The notes: a model not told the origin generated them from the letters alone. 64,000 nt of DNA from Burkholderiales bacterium (GCA_036274775.1 DASUFB010000033.1:16426-80425), one strand, 5' to 3'. Positions 28,080 through 38,675 are shown, numbered from the stretch's first letter. Numbers and translations: made by a program.

Positions 28080-29288
28080 GTGATGGCTTCCGGGGCCGGC
28101 CACGGCATCCTGCGTGCACGCGACGGCCAAGAGGCGCGCGTCACCAGCGCCGAGCTGTTCTTCGACCTGATCTATGCGTTCGCCGTCACGCAGCTTTCGC
28201 ACCACCTGCTGCACGACCTGACCCTGGCGGGCGCGCTGCAGACGCTCGTCCTCTGGATGGCGGTCTGGCTGGGCTGGCAGTACACCTGCTGGGTGACCAA
28301 CTGGTTCGATCCCGACGCCATGCCCATCCGCGTGATGCTGCTGGCCGTCATGCTCGTCGGGCTGCTGATGTCGTCGGCGCTGCCCGAAGCTTTCGAAGAA
28401 CGCGGCCTGGTGTTCGCGTGCTGCTATGCCGGCATCCAGGTCGGGCGCACCCTCTACGTGCTGCTGGCGCTGGGCGGCTCGCACGCACTGACGCGCAACT
28501 TCCAGCGTATCTTCGGCTGGCTGCTGATCTCCGCGGCGTTCTGGATCTCGGGCGGCCTGCAGCACGGGGAGGCGCGCCTCGCGCTGTGGGTGATCGCCGT
28601 GCTGTGCGAGTACCTGTCGCCGATGATCGGCTTCCGCCTGCCGGGGCTGGGCGCGTCGAAGAGCTCCGACTGGACCATAGAAGGCGGCCATCTGGCCGAA
28701 CGCAACCAGCTCTTCGTGATGGTGGCGCTGGGCGAATCCATCCTCGTGACCGGCGCCACGATCGCCGGAACGGGGCATTGGGAGGCCCCGATCCTCGTCG
28801 CGTTCGTGGTGGCGTTCCTGGGCAGCGTGGCGATGTGGTGGATGTATTTCGACACCAGCAGCGAGGCCGGCACGCACGCGATCACGCGCTCGGACGATCC
28901 CGGGCTCATCGGCTCCTGGTTCCACTACGTGCATGCCGTCATCATCGCGGGCATCATCGTCTCGGCCGTGGCCGACGAGCTCTACCTGGCGCATCCCGAC
29001 GGGCACATGGAGATGAAACATGTCGCGGCGCTGGTCGGCGGCCCGGCGCTGTACGTGCTGGGCAACGCGATCTACAAGCGCATCGTGTACGGGCGCCTGC
29101 CGCTGTCGCACCTGGCCGGGCTCGCGTTGCTCGCAGCGCTCGTGCCGCTCGCCTGGACGACCGATCTGCTGATGGTCGGCGGGCTGTCGACGCTGGTCAT
29201 GCTGGTCGTGGCGACATGGGAGGCGCTGTCGCGGCGCTCGATCGCGCGAGGAAAAGGGGCCGAGGATCGAGGGCCGGGGGCCGAGTGA
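28080..29288 (+). CDS. low-temperature-requirement LtrA-family membrane protein
   Basis: ELFFDLIYAFAVTQLSH motif and about 10 TM helices. The C-terminal tail ARGKGAEDRGPGAE is encoded by the repeat arm listed next. Confidence 0.8.
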   Translation: MMASGAGHGILRARDGQEARVTSAELFFDLIYAFAVTQLSHHLLHDLTLAGALQTLVLWMAVWLGWQYTCWVTNWFDPDAMPIRVMLLAVMLVGLLMSSALPEAFEERGLVFACCYAGIQVGRTLYVLLALGGSHALTRNFQRIFGWLLISAAFWISGGLQHGEARLALWVIAVLCEYLSPMIGFRLPGLGASKSSDWTIEGGHLAERNQLFVMVALGESILVTGATIAGTGHWEAPILVAFVVAFLGSVAMWWMYFDTSSEAGTHAITRSDDPGLIGSWFHYVHAVIIAGIIVSAVADELYLAHPDGHMEMKHVAALVGGPALYVLGNAIYKRIVYGRLPLSHLAGLALLAALVPLAWTTDLLMVGGLSTLVMLVVATWEALSRRSIARGKGAEDRGPGAE

Positions 29289-29332
29289 GCTTGCCCTTGA
29301 TCACCTAACTCCTCACCCCTCGCTCCTCGCGC
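29244..29332. repeat. degenerate tandem-unit hairpin element, copy E (GCGAGGR units)
   Basis: gcgcgagga (29244-29252) pairs perfectly with tcctcgcgc (29324-29332). Inner GAGG-type units pair imperfectly with ctcctcacccctcgc. The left arm lies inside the last codons of ltrA. The ETF-QO stop is 6 nt beyond the right arm. Confidence 0.4.
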
Positions 29333-29337
29333 GTCAC

Positions 29338-30981
29338 CTACATGTTCGGATAATTCGGCCCGCCGCCGCCTTCGGGTGCGACCCAGACGATGTTCTGCGT
29401 CGGGTCCTTGATGTCGCAGGTCTTGCAGTGCACGCAGTTCTGCGCATTGATCTGCAGCCGCGGACCCCTGTCGTCCCTGACGATCTCGTAGACGCCCGCC
29501 GGGCAGTAGCGCTGCTCGGGCGCGTCGTAGAGCGCGAGGTTGACGTCGATGGGCACCGACGGGTCCTTGAGCGTCAGATGCACCGGCTGATCTTCGCTGT
29601 GGTTCGTGTTGGAGATGAACACCGACGACAGCCGGTCGAAGGTGATCACGCCGTCCGGCTTGGGATAGACGATGGGCTCGACCTCGGTCTTCTTCTTCAG
29701 CGTTTCGTTGTCGGCGTGGCCGTGGCGCAGCGTCCACGGCGCCCTGCCGCCGAACAGGATCTGGTCGACGCCCACCATGGCGGTGCCCAGGCAGAGGCCC
29801 TTCGACATCCAGGGCTTGAAGTTGCGTGCGCGGTAAAGCTCCTCGTGCAGCCAGCTCGCGCGGAAGGCGTCGGGATAGGCGGCCAGCTCGTCGGCGCTGC
29901 GCCCGGCGGCCAGCGCATCGAGCGCGGCCTCGGCGGCGAGCATGCCGGACTTGATCGCGGCATGGCTGCCCTTGATGCGCGAGGCGTTCAGGAAGCCGGC
30001 GTCGTCGCCGACCAGCGCGCCGCCGGGGAACACCAGCTTCGGCAGCGCCTGCAGGCCGCCGGCCGCGATCGCGCGCGCGCCGTAGGCCACACGCTTGCCG
30101 CCCTCGAGAAAGGACCGGATCGCGGGATGGGTCTTGTAGCGCTGGAATTCCTCGTAGGGGTTGAGATAGGGATTCGTGTAGCCCAGCCCGACGACGAAGC
30201 CGATGCAGACCTGGTTGTCCTCCATGTGATACAGGAAGGAGCCGCCGTAGGTGCCGGCGTCCAGCGGCCAGCCCGCCGTGTGGATGACGAGCCCGCTCCG
30301 GTGCTTCTCGGGGCCGATCTGCCACAGCTCCTTGAGGCCGATGCCGTAGACCTGCGGATCGCGGCCCTGCGCGAGGCCGAATCTCGCCGTGAGCTGGCGG
30401 CCGAGCTGGCCGCGGCAGCCTTCGGCGAAGAACGTGTACTTCGCGCGCAGCTCCATCCCGGGCTGGTAGTTCGGGCCGGGTTGCCCGTCGCGCCCCACGC
30501 CCATGTCACCGGTGGCCACGCCGGCCACTGCGCCGCCGTCGCCGTAGAGCACTTCCGCCGCGGCGAACCCCGGGAAGATCTCGACGCCGAGCGCTTCGGC
30601 CTGCTGCGCGAGCCAGCGACAGACGTTGCCGAGGCTGACGACGTAGTTGCCGTGGTTCCGGAAACAGGACGGCAGCAGCAAGTTCGGCACCTTGAAGGCG
30701 CTGCGTTCGCCCAGGAACAGGAAGCGGTCCTCGGTGACCGGTGCGTTGAGCGGCGCATCCATGGCCTGCCAGTCGGGAAACAGCTCGGCGAGCGCGCGCG
30801 GGTCCATGACCGCGCCGGACAGGATGTGCGCGCCGACCTCGGAACCCTTCTCGAGCACGCAGACCGAGACTTCCGCGCCGCGCTCGGCAGCGAGCTGCTT
30901 CAGCCGGATCGCGCCCGCGAGGCCGGCCGGGCCGGCGCCCACGACCACCACGTCGTATTCCATCGATTCGCGTTCGGCCAA
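29338..30981 (-). CDS. electron transfer flavoprotein-ubiquinone oxidoreductase
   Basis: 547 aa. YDVVVVGAGPAGL FAD fold. C-terminal 4Fe-4S motif CVHCKTCDIKDP. Confidence 0.95.
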   Translation of the reverse strand: MAERESMEYDVVVVGAGPAGLAGAIRLKQLAAERGAEVSVCVLEKGSEVGAHILSGAVMDPRALAELFPDWQAMDAPLNAPVTEDRFLFLGERSAFKVPNLLLPSCFRNHGNYVVSLGNVCRWLAQQAEALGVEIFPGFAAAEVLYGDGGAVAGVATGDMGVGRDGQPGPNYQPGMELRAKYTFFAEGCRGQLGRQLTARFGLAQGRDPQVYGIGLKELWQIGPEKHRSGLVIHTAGWPLDAGTYGGSFLYHMEDNQVCIGFVVGLGYTNPYLNPYEEFQRYKTHPAIRSFLEGGKRVAYGARAIAAGGLQALPKLVFPGGALVGDDAGFLNASRIKGSHAAIKSGMLAAEAALDALAAGRSADELAAYPDAFRASWLHEELYRARNFKPWMSKGLCLGTAMVGVDQILFGGRAPWTLRHGHADNETLKKKTEVEPIVYPKPDGVITFDRLSSVFISNTNHSEDQPVHLTLKDPSVPIDVNLALYDAPEQRYCPAGVYEIVRDDRGPRLQINAQNCVHCKTCDIKDPTQNIVWVAPEGGGGPNYPNM

Positions 30982-31055
30982 GACGATCTCCTCGGTGCGG
31001 GTGGCGCGCGAACCCTCTGCTAGAATTCCTCGCCGCCGGAATTGTCCTGCGGCGA

Positions 31056-31502
31056 ATGATAAACGCTTTCACGCGCCGACAGATCATGATGAAAAAGGAA
31101 GAAGGCCGGCTGGTGCGCACGGACCGCGTCCCGATGCGCTGGGGCGAGATGGACGCGCTCGGCCACATGAACAACGTGTCCTACTTCCGGTTCTTCGAGC
31201 AGGCGCGCATCTCCTGGTTCGATTCGCTGCGCATCGACTACCGCCCCGGCTCGGAAGGTCCGATCCTCGGCACGCTGAGCTGCAAATACGTCAAGCCCGC
31301 GGTCTATCCCGCCGACATCGAGGTGACGACCTACGTGGGCAAACCCGGGCGCAGCAGCTTCATGATGTTCCATGAAATGTCCCGTGCGGGAGATCCGGGC
31401 GAGCTGTTCGCCGAGGCCTGGGCCGTGATGGTCTGGATCGACCTCGCCGAGGGCAAGCCGCGCCCGATCCCCGATTTCCTGCGCAGGGAGTTGTCCGCCT
31501 AG
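31056..31502 (+). CDS. acyl-CoA thioesterase (YbgC/4HBT family)
   Basis: RWGEMDALGHMNNVSYFRFFEQAR signature. The start could instead be the ATG at 31086 (MMKKEEG). No clear Shine-Dalgarno for either. Confidence 0.75.
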   Translation: MINAFTRRQIMMKKEEGRLVRTDRVPMRWGEMDALGHMNNVSYFRFFEQARISWFDSLRIDYRPGSEGPILGTLSCKYVKPAVYPADIEVTTYVGKPGRSSFMMFHEMSRAGDPGELFAEAWAVMVWIDLAEGKPRPIPDFLRRELSA

Positions 31503-32245
31503 CACTCGAGGACCGTGCCGCTCACGCCGCGGCTGTCCGGCCCCATGAGGTACAGGTAGGCGGGCATCAGCTCCGCCGGCTGGCGTCGCGCGGAGGCCAG
31601 TTCGCCGGGGTGCGTCTTGGCGCGAGAAGGCGAAGCCACCGGCCCGGGCACGATCGCGTTGGCGCGCAGGTTCGGCCTGTCGCGCCACTCTGCAGCCTGG
31701 ATCTTCATGAGTGCTTCGATGCCGGCCTTGGCGACGGCATAGCCGCCCCAGAACGCCGCCGGCGCGTGGCCGTGCGTTTCCGAGGTAAACACCACCGAGG
31801 CATCGGGCGATGCGGCGAGCAGCCGCAGGCAGGCCTGCGTGAGCGCGAAGGGCGCGACCAGGTTGACGCGCAGCAGCCGGCTCCATTCTTCGGCGCTTTG
31901 CTGCTCCAGCGGCGAGAGCTTCTCCAGGTGTGCGGCGTTGTGCAGGATGCCGTCGAGGCGCCCGAGCTGTGATCCGATCGCATGGGCGAGCCCGTCATAG
32001 TCGCGCGTCGTGGCCTTGTCGAGGTCCAGCGGGATGGCCGCCGGCTGCGCACGGCCCGCGCTCTCGATCTCGTCGTAGACCTGCTCCAGCGCGGCGACGT
32101 CGCGCCCGTGCAGCACCACGGTGGCACCGTGCGCGGCGAAGGCCAGCGCGGCCGCGCGCCCCAGGCCGCGCGTCGCGCCCGTGACGAGGATGATCCTGTC
32201 CTCGAGCAGGCCGGCGGCGGGCCGGTAGTTTTTCAGGTCAGGCAT
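31499..32245 (-). CDS. YciK-like SDR oxidoreductase
   Basis: VTGATRGLGRA, NAA...L, YAVAK. The start codon lies 8 nt inside the end of hpnE. Confidence 0.8.
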   Translation of the reverse strand: MPDLKNYRPAAGLLEDRIILVTGATRGLGRAAALAFAAHGATVVLHGRDVAALEQVYDEIESAGRAQPAAIPLDLDKATTRDYDGLAHAIGSQLGRLDGILHNAAHLEKLSPLEQQSAEEWSRLLRVNLVAPFALTQACLRLLAASPDASVVFTSETHGHAPAAFWGGYAVAKAGIEALMKIQAAEWRDRPNLRANAIVPGPVASPSRAKTHPGELASARRQPAELMPAYLYLMGPDSRGVSGTVLEC

Positions 32246-33524
32246 GCTGCATCACCAGGCTGGCTGCACGCACGCCGCTGCGCACGGCGGACTCGATGGT
32301 GGCCGGATAGTCCGAGGCAGTATAGTCGCCGGCGAGGTAAAGGCCCGCAACGGAGGTTTCGTTCCCGGGACGCTGCAGGCCGGGCGTGCAGGCGAAGGTC
32401 GCGCGCTTTTCCGCGATCACCTGCTGCCAGAGCGGCTCCCCCAGGCCGGCGAAACGCTGCGCGAGCTCGGCGTGGACCGCGCGCGCCAGCTCGTCGCGCG
32501 GCAGATCCTGATGAGCGCCGGCCGCGGAGATGACCACGCCGACGAACCCGTGCTGGCCGCACAGCCGGCCGCGATCGAACAGCCATTGCGAGTAGCGCGC
32601 CTCGATTCCGCCCATCGCGAACGGCAGGCGTACGTGCTTTGCGTATTGCAGGTAGACCGAGTAGATCGGCTGGTAGCGGAAGGCTTCGACCATGGCGGCG
32701 GTGGCGCCGAGCTCGGGAAAGGCCGCGAGCAGCGCGCCCACGCGGTGCGGAGACAGCGCCAGGACGACGTGCGAAAAACGCCCGCCGGCGAGCTCGAACC
32801 CGTCCTCGTCCCGGCGAATGGTATCGACCGTGGCCCCGCATTCCACCTTGCCGCCGCGCTCCTCGACGTAGCGCGCGGCGCGCTCGGGAAACAAGGCCGA
32901 GAAATCCACGGCCGGCAGCAGCAGGTCGCTGTCGGCACGGCGGCCGTCGAGGCTGTCGCGCAGCACGTTCAGGAAAACCTGTGCGGAAGCCTGGTCGGGC
33001 GGGGTGTTCAGCGCGGACACGCACAGCGGCAGCCACAGGAAACGCGACACGCGCGCCGGCTGGCTTTTCCGCCGCAGCAATTCGGCGACGGTGATGTCGG
33101 AAGCGAGCCTGAACCCCGCCAGCCGCGCCCATGCCATGAAGCGCGCCGCCGCGAGGCGCTCGCGGGGCGAGAGGCCGCGCGCGCCCAGCAGGGCGGCGAG
33201 CAGGTGCAGCGGCGCCGGCAGCCGCGGCGTGCGCAGCGCGAAGTCGGGATGGATGGCGAGCGCGAGCGGCCGGCGCAGCAGCGGCGGCGGGTCGTCCGGA
33301 CGGCTCACCAGCGCGACGAGGCGCAGGGTCTCCCGGTAGGCACCGAGCAGGATGTGCAGGCCGTTGTCGATGGCGTGCCCGTCGGTCTCGACGCGCCGCG
33401 CGCGCCCCCCGAGCACGCGGCCGGACTCGAAGACGCGGACCGGAACGCCGTGGCTCGACAGTTCGGCTGCCGCTGCCATGCCGGCGTAGCCGCCGCCCAC
33501 GATGGCTGCGCGGATTCCCGTCAC
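32238..33524 (-). CDS. hpnE: hydroxysqualene dehydroxylase (FAD-dependent desaturase HpnE)
   Basis: GTG start VTGIRAAIVGGGYAGMAAA overlaps the hpnD stop (GTGA). Amine-oxidase fold through ...YLAGDYT...PATIESAVRSG. Confidence 0.85.
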   Translation of the reverse strand: MTGIRAAIVGGGYAGMAAAAELSSHGVPVRVFESGRVLGGRARRVETDGHAIDNGLHILLGAYRETLRLVALVSRPDDPPPLLRRPLALAIHPDFALRTPRLPAPLHLLAALLGARGLSPRERLAAARFMAWARLAGFRLASDITVAELLRRKSQPARVSRFLWLPLCVSALNTPPDQASAQVFLNVLRDSLDGRRADSDLLLPAVDFSALFPERAARYVEERGGKVECGATVDTIRRDEDGFELAGGRFSHVVLALSPHRVGALLAAFPELGATAAMVEAFRYQPIYSVYLQYAKHVRLPFAMGGIEARYSQWLFDRGRLCGQHGFVGVVISAAGAHQDLPRDELARAVHAELAQRFAGLGEPLWQQVIAEKRATFACTPGLQRPGNETSVAGLYLAGDYTASDYPATIESAVRSGVRAASLVMQHA

Positions 33525-34354
33525 GCGGTCAGCCACGTGCGCCAGGCGATCCACAGCTTGCGGATGGGGGTCAGCGAGGTGCGCTGGTCGAGGACGCGGC
33601 AGCCGCCGTCGCGGATCTCCTCCAGCAGCGTGCGATAGATCGCGGCCATGACCAGGCCGGGGCGCTGCGCCTTGCGGTCCTGCGGCGGCAGGCTGGCGAA
33701 AGCCCGCTCGTAATACTCCAGTGCGCGCTCGATCTGGAAGGCGACGAGGCGGCGCACGTCCGGGCCGTCGCGCAGGTGGATGATGTCGGTCGCCGTCACG
33801 CCGAAGCGTTCCAGCTCGTCGAGCGGCAGGTAGACGCGCCCGCGGCGCGCGTCCTCGCCGACGTCGCGGATGATGTTGGTGAGCTGGAAGGCGGTGCCGA
33901 GGTTCTCGGCGTACTCCAGCGTGGCGGGGGCCGTGTAGCCGAAGATGCGCGCGGCCATCAGGCCGACGACGCCCGCGACGCGGTGGCAGTAGTCCTGCAG
34001 GGTCGTGAAATCGGGGTAGCGGTTGTAGCGCAGGTCCATTTCCATGCCGTCCATGACGTCGTGGAAGTGCTCCTGCGCGAGCCCGAAGGTCCGCACGACC
34101 GGGATCAGCGCCTGCGCGACCGGGTGTTGCGCGGCGCCGGCGAAGCTGCCGGCGATCTCCTTGCGCCACCACGCGAGCTTGGTGCGCGCCACGTCCGCGT
34201 CGGCGCATTCGTCGACGACGTCGTCGACCTCGCGACAGAAGGCGTAGAGCGCGGTGATGGCGCGCCGCCGCTCGGGCGGCAGGAACAGGAAGCTGTAGTA
34301 GAAGCTCGAACCGCTTTTCGCGGCCCTGTCCTGGCAGTATTCGTCGGGTGTCAT
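33521..34354 (-). CDS. hpnD: presqualene diphosphate synthase HpnD
   Basis: SGSSFYYSFLFLP..RRRAITALYAFCREVDDVVD and NIIRDVGED Asp-rich motifs. The rest of the 626-aa track ORF is spurious. Confidence 0.88.
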   Translation of the reverse strand: MTPDEYCQDRAAKSGSSFYYSFLFLPPERRRAITALYAFCREVDDVVDECADADVARTKLAWWRKEIAGSFAGAAQHPVAQALIPVVRTFGLAQEHFHDVMDGMEMDLRYNRYPDFTTLQDYCHRVAGVVGLMAARIFGYTAPATLEYAENLGTAFQLTNIIRDVGEDARRGRVYLPLDELERFGVTATDIIHLRDGPDVRRLVAFQIERALEYYERAFASLPPQDRKAQRPGLVMAAIYRTLLEEIRDGGCRVLDQRTSLTPIRKLWIAWRTWLTA

Positions 34355-35166
34355 GGGTAGGCGGCCACCGCGCGGCAGAGCATGAGCGCCCAGTCCGGGG
34401 CGCGCAGCACCGGTCGGTGGCGGAAGACGTCGCCGCCGTGCCTGTCGATCTTGTCGAGGATGCGGCTGCCGCCCATCACGATCATGCGCAGTTCGAGTCC
34501 GATGCGACCGGGAAGGGTGCGGCCGAGCGGTGCGCCGGCAAGCAGCATGCGCCGCGCGCGCGCGACCTGGAACGCCATGAGCTCGCGCCAGCGCCCTCCC
34601 GTGTCGCGCCGCGCGATCTGAGCTTCCGTCACCCCGTATTCTGCCATCTCGTCGGCGGGCAGATAGATGCGGTCCTTGCGGTAGTCGATCTCCACGTCCT
34701 GCCAGAAATTGATCAACTGCAGCGCCGAGCAGATGGCGTCCGATTGCGCCAGGCTGCGCTCGTCGGTGGCGCGATAGAGGTGCAGCAGGAGGCGTCCCAC
34801 GGGGTTCGCGGAGCGCCGGCAATAGTCCATGACCTGCGTGAAATCCGCGTAGCGCTTCGTGGTCACGTCCTGCGAAAACGCCGAGAGCAGGTCCCGGAAC
34901 AGCTGCACCGGCAGCCCGTGCTCGGCGACCACGCCCGCGAGCTCCGCGAACAGCGGTGGCTGCGGCTGCCGGCCGGCCTCGATGAGGTCGAGCTGCGCGC
35001 CGAAGGCGCCGAGGCGCGCGAGGCGCCCGGCGTCCGGCACGTCGCCCTCGTCGGCGAAATCGTCGGCCTGGCGCGCGAACGCATAGATCAGTTCCACCGG
35101 CCGGCGCAGCCGCGCGGGCAGCAGCACGGAGGCGACGGGGAAGTTCTCGTAGTGGTTCACCGCCAT
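34351..35166 (-). CDS. hpnC: hydroxysqualene synthase HpnC
   Basis: MAVNHYENFPVAS...YAFARQADDFADE ... NFWQDVEIDY. The stop overlaps the hpnD start (ATGA). Confidence 0.88.
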   Translation of the reverse strand: MAVNHYENFPVASVLLPARLRRPVELIYAFARQADDFADEGDVPDAGRLARLGAFGAQLDLIEAGRQPQPPLFAELAGVVAEHGLPVQLFRDLLSAFSQDVTTKRYADFTQVMDYCRRSANPVGRLLLHLYRATDERSLAQSDAICSALQLINFWQDVEIDYRKDRIYLPADEMAEYGVTEAQIARRDTGGRWRELMAFQVARARRMLLAGAPLGRTLPGRIGLELRMIVMGGSRILDKIDRHGGDVFRHRPVLRAPDWALMLCRAVAAYP

Positions 35167-35233
35167 CGTATTTTCGCCAGATGGGACAGGAAGTTGGGCC
35201 CGGCTGCACGCCCGGCGCGAGGGTGCTCGCCGG

Positions 35234-35262
35234 GTGACGGCGGGGGGGCATTATATTAGAAT
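35234..35262 (+). promoter_or_regulatory. candidate promoter of tRNA-Leu
   Basis: GTGACG, 17 nt, TAGAAT (35257-35262), ending 9 nt before the mature tRNA 5' end. Confidence 0.35.
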
Positions 35263-35271
35263 GGCTCAGGC

Positions 35272-35356
35272 GCGAGAGTGGCGGAATTGGTAGACGCACC
35301 AGATTTAGGTTCTGGCGCCGAAAGGCGTGAGAGTTCGAGTCTCTCCTTTCGCACCA
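35272..35356 (+). tRNA. tRNA-Leu (anticodon TAG)
   Basis: Hand-folded cloverleaf. Acceptor GCGAGAG/CTTTCGC (one G-U), anticodon arm CCAGA-TTTAGGT-TCTGG, long variable arm, T-arm GAGAG-TTCGAGT-CTCTC, encoded CCA. Confidence 0.92.
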
Positions 35357-35418
35357 GCGCCGCCCGAGCACGCACGCACCCGCGGCGCGCGCCGCGATCA
35401 ACCGGAAGAACGGAATAG

Positions 35419-36726
35419 ATGCAAGCCAACCTGGAAACCCTGAGCTCGCTGGAGCGCCGACTGTCGGTTACCCTGCCCACCGACAAGGTCAATACCGAGA
35501 TCGAAAACCGCCTCAAGCGCCTGGCCCGCACCGTGAAGCTGCACGGCTTCCGCCCCGGCAAGGTGCCGATGAAGATCGTCGAGCAGCAGTTCGGCGGCCA
35601 GGTGCGCCAGGAAGTCCTCGGCGACGCCGTGCAGCAGAGCTTCGGCGAGGCGGTCAAGGAGAAGAACCTGCGCGTGGCGGGCTATCCGCGCATCGAGGTC
35701 AAGCCCGGCGCCACGCCCGCCGACCCCTTCGAATACATCGCGACCTTCGAGGTCTATCCGGAGTTCTCCGTGGGCGAACTCGGGCAGGCCAGGATCGAGC
35801 GCCCGGTGGTCGTCATCGGCGACGCCGAGGTGGACCGCACCGTCGACATCCTGCGCAAGCAGCGCACGCACTACCACGCCGTGGAGCGCGCGGCCCAGTC
35901 CGGCGACCAGGTGCTGCTCGACTACCGCGGCACCATGGGCGGCGAGGCCTTCGAAGGTGGCACCGGCGCGGACCAGAGCGTGCTGCTCGGCGGCGGCCAG
36001 CTGCTCGCCGATTTCGAGAAGAACGTGGTCGGCATGAAGGCCGGCGAGAGCAAGGCCTTCGACATGCGCTTCCCGGACGATTACCACGGCAAGGAAGTCG
36101 CCGGCAAGGACGCGCGCTTCGAGGTCACGGTGAAGCAGGTCCAGGAGCCGCACGTGCCCGAGGCGGACGAGGCGTTCGCGAAGTCCCTCGGCATCGCCGA
36201 CGGCGACCTCGACAAGATGCGCGCCGACGTGAAGGCCAACCTCGAGCGTGAGGTCAAGCGCCGCGCCGACGCCCGCGTCAAGGATCAGGTCATGAAGTCG
36301 CTGCTGGACGCGACCAGGGTCGAGGTGCCGCGCGCGCTGGTCGAGATGGAGATCGAGCGGCTCATGCACAACATGCGCCACGATCTCGAGAGCCGCGGCC
36401 TGAAGGCCGACAAGGTGCCGATGCCCAGGGAGGCCTTCGAACCCGAGGCGGTGCGCCGCGTCACCCTCGGGCTGATCCTGGCCGAGACGGTCAGGCTGAA
36501 CGGGCTCGAGGCCAGGCCGGAGCAGATCAAGGCCGTCGTCCAGCAGTATGCGCAGAGCTACGAAAAGCCCGAGGAGGTCGTGCGCTGGTACTACCAGCAG
36601 CCCGAGCGGCTGGGCGAGGTGGAATCGATCGTGCTCGAGGACAACGTCGTGCAGTGGGCGCTGTCCAAGGCCGGGGTCGAGGACAGGACGGTCGCCTTCG
36701 AGGAACTCATGGGGAACCCGCAATGA
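35419..36726 (+). CDS. tig: trigger factor
   Basis: 435 aa. [17 protein letters not shown] start and GFRPGKVP motif. Confidence 0.95.
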   Translation: MQANLETLSSLERRLSVTLPTDKVNTEIENRLKRLARTVKLHGFRPGKVPMKIVEQQFGGQVRQEVLGDAVQQSFGEAVKEKNLRVAGYPRIEVKPGATPADPFEYIATFEVYPEFSVGELGQARIERPVVVIGDAEVDRTVDILRKQRTHYHAVERAAQSGDQVLLDYRGTMGGEAFEGGTGADQSVLLGGGQLLADFEKNVVGMKAGESKAFDMRFPDDYHGKEVAGKDARFEVTVKQVQEPHVPEADEAFAKSLGIADGDLDKMRADVKANLEREVKRRADARVKDQVMKSLLDATRVEVPRALVEMEIERLMHNMRHDLESRGLKADKVPMPREAFEPEAVRRVTLGLILAETVRLNGLEARPEQIKAVVQQYAQSYEKPEEVVRWYYQQPERLGEVESIVLEDNVVQWALSKAGVEDRTVAFEELMGNPQ

Positions 36727-37370
36727 TGACGCTGCATGATCGTGTTTTCCCCGAGCCGCAGGGGCTCGGGCTGGTGCCGATGGTCATCGAGCAGAGCGGC
36801 CGCGGCGAGCGCGCCTACGACATCTACTCGCGGCTGCTGAAGGAGCGCGTGGTCTTCCTGGTCGGGCCGGTCAACGAGCTGACCGCGAACCTCATCGTCG
36901 CACAGCTGCTGTTCCTGGAATCCGAGAATCCGGAGAAGGACATCTCGTTCTACATCAACTCCCCGGGCGGGTCGGTCTCGGCCGGGCTCGCCATCTACGA
37001 CACCATGCAGTTCATCAAGCCGGACGTGAGCACGCTGTGCATCGGCCAGGCGGCCAGCATGGGTGCGTTCCTGCTGGCGGCGGGGGCGAAGGGCAAGCGT
37101 TTTGCGCTGCCGAACTCGCGGGTCATGATCCACCAGCCCATGGGCGGCTTCCAGGGCCAGGCCTCCGACATCGAGATCCACGCCAAGGAGATCCTGTATC
37201 TGCGCCAGCGGCTGAACGAGCTCATGGCCAAGCACACCGGGCAGAAGGTCGAGACCATCGAGCGCGACACGGACCGCGACAATTTCCTCAGCGCCGAAGA
37301 GTCGGTAAAGTACGGCCTGGTGGACAGGGTGCTGGTGAGCCGCACCGAGGCTGCCGCGGCGGCGGCCTGA
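36723..37370 (+). CDS. clpP: ATP-dependent Clp protease proteolytic subunit
   Basis: MMTLHD...[22 protein letters not shown]. Catalytic GQAASMG and IHQP. Overlaps the tig stop. Confidence 0.95.
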   Translation: MMTLHDRVFPEPQGLGLVPMVIEQSGRGERAYDIYSRLLKERVVFLVGPVNELTANLIVAQLLFLESENPEKDISFYINSPGGSVSAGLAIYDTMQFIKPDVSTLCIGQAASMGAFLLAAGAKGKRFALPNSRVMIHQPMGGFQGQASDIEIHAKEILYLRQRLNELMAKHTGQKVETIERDTDRDNFLSAEESVKYGLVDRVLVSRTEAAAAAA

Positions 37371-37409
37371 CGGCGGCCGGCGCGCGCAAGGATTGATCGA
37401 AAGGGAGAT

Positions 37410-38675
37410 ATGTCCGAGAAACCTGGTGGCGAGAAGCTCCTGTACTGCTCCTTCTGCGGCAAGAGCCAGCACGAGGTGCGCAAGCTGATCGCCGGCCCGT
37501 CGGTCTTCATCTGCGATGAATGCATCGAGCTGTGCAACGACATCATCCGCGAGGAAAGCCACGCCGAGACCACGGGCAAGGGCGTCAAGTCCGACCTGCC
37601 CGTGCCGCACGAGATCCGCGACAGCCTCGACCAGTACGTGATCGGCCAGGATATCGCGAAAAAGATCCTCTCGGTCGCGGTCTACAACCATTACAAGCGC
37701 ATCAAGACGGTCCCGAAGAAGGACGACGTCGAGCTCGCCAAGAGCAACATCCTGCTGATCGGACCCACCGGCTCGGGCAAGACCCTGCTCGCGCAGACGC
37801 TCGCGCGCCTGCTGAACGTGCCCTTCGTCATGGCCGACGCCACGACGCTCACCGAGGCCGGCTACGTCGGCGAGGATGTCGAGAACATCATCCAGAAGCT
37901 GCTGCAGAAATGCGACTACGACGTCGAGAAGGCGCAGCGCGGCATCGTCTACATCGACGAGATCGACAAGATCTCGCGCAAGTCCGACAACCCCTCCATC
38001 ACGCGCGACGTGTCGGGGGAGGGCGTGCAGCAGGCCCTGCTCAAGCTGATCGAGGGCACGGTCGCGTCGGTGCCCCCGCAGGGCGGCCGCAAGCATCCCA
38101 ACCAGGAATTCGTGCAGGTCGACACGACCAACATCCTGTTCATCTGCGGCGGCGCTTTCGACGGGCTCGACCGCATCATCCGCGCGCGCTCGGACAAGGG
38201 CGGCATCGGTTTCGGCGCGGAGGTCAAGAGCAAGGACAACCGCAAGGACATCGGCGAGGTGCTGCGCGGCGTGGAGCCCGAGGACCTCATCAAGTACGGC
38301 CTGATCCCCGAGTTCGTGGGCCGGCTGCCGGTCGTGGCCACGCTGGACGAGCTCGACGAGGCGGCGTTGATCCAGATCCTGACCGAACCGAAGAACGCGC
38401 TGCTCAAGCAGTACCAGCGCATGTTCAGCATGGAGGGCGTGGAGCTCGAGGTTCGCAGCGATGCGCTCAAGGCGGTGGCCATGAAGGCGCTCGCCAGGCG
38501 CACCGGCGCGCGCGGCCTGCGCTCCATCCTGGAACACGTATTGCTGGACATCATGTACGACCTGCCTTCCCTGAACAACGTGGAGAAGGTGGTCGTGGAC
38601 GAGGGCATGATCAAGGGCGATGCGCAGCCCATCCTGCTCTATTCCGAGCAGCCGAAAGTTGCCGGATCTGCTTGA
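37410..38675 (+). CDS. clpX: ATP-dependent Clp protease ATP-binding subunit ClpX
   Basis: Zinc-finger CSFCGK...ICDEC. Walker [12 protein letters not shown]-like loop. Confidence 0.96.
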   Translation: MSEKPGGEKLLYCSFCGKSQHEVRKLIAGPSVFICDECIELCNDIIREESHAETTGKGVKSDLPVPHEIRDSLDQYVIGQDIAKKILSVAVYNHYKRIKTVPKKDDVELAKSNILLIGPTGSGKTLLAQTLARLLNVPFVMADATTLTEAGYVGEDVENIIQKLLQKCDYDVEKAQRGIVYIDEIDKISRKSDNPSITRDVSGEGVQQALLKLIEGTVASVPPQGGRKHPNQEFVQVDTTNILFICGGAFDGLDRIIRARSDKGGIGFGAEVKSKDNRKDIGEVLRGVEPEDLIKYGLIPEFVGRLPVVATLDELDEAALIQILTEPKNALLKQYQRMFSMEGVELEVRSDALKAVAMKALARRTGARGLRSILEHVLLDIMYDLPSLNNVEKVVVDEGMIKGDAQPILLYSEQPKVAGSA

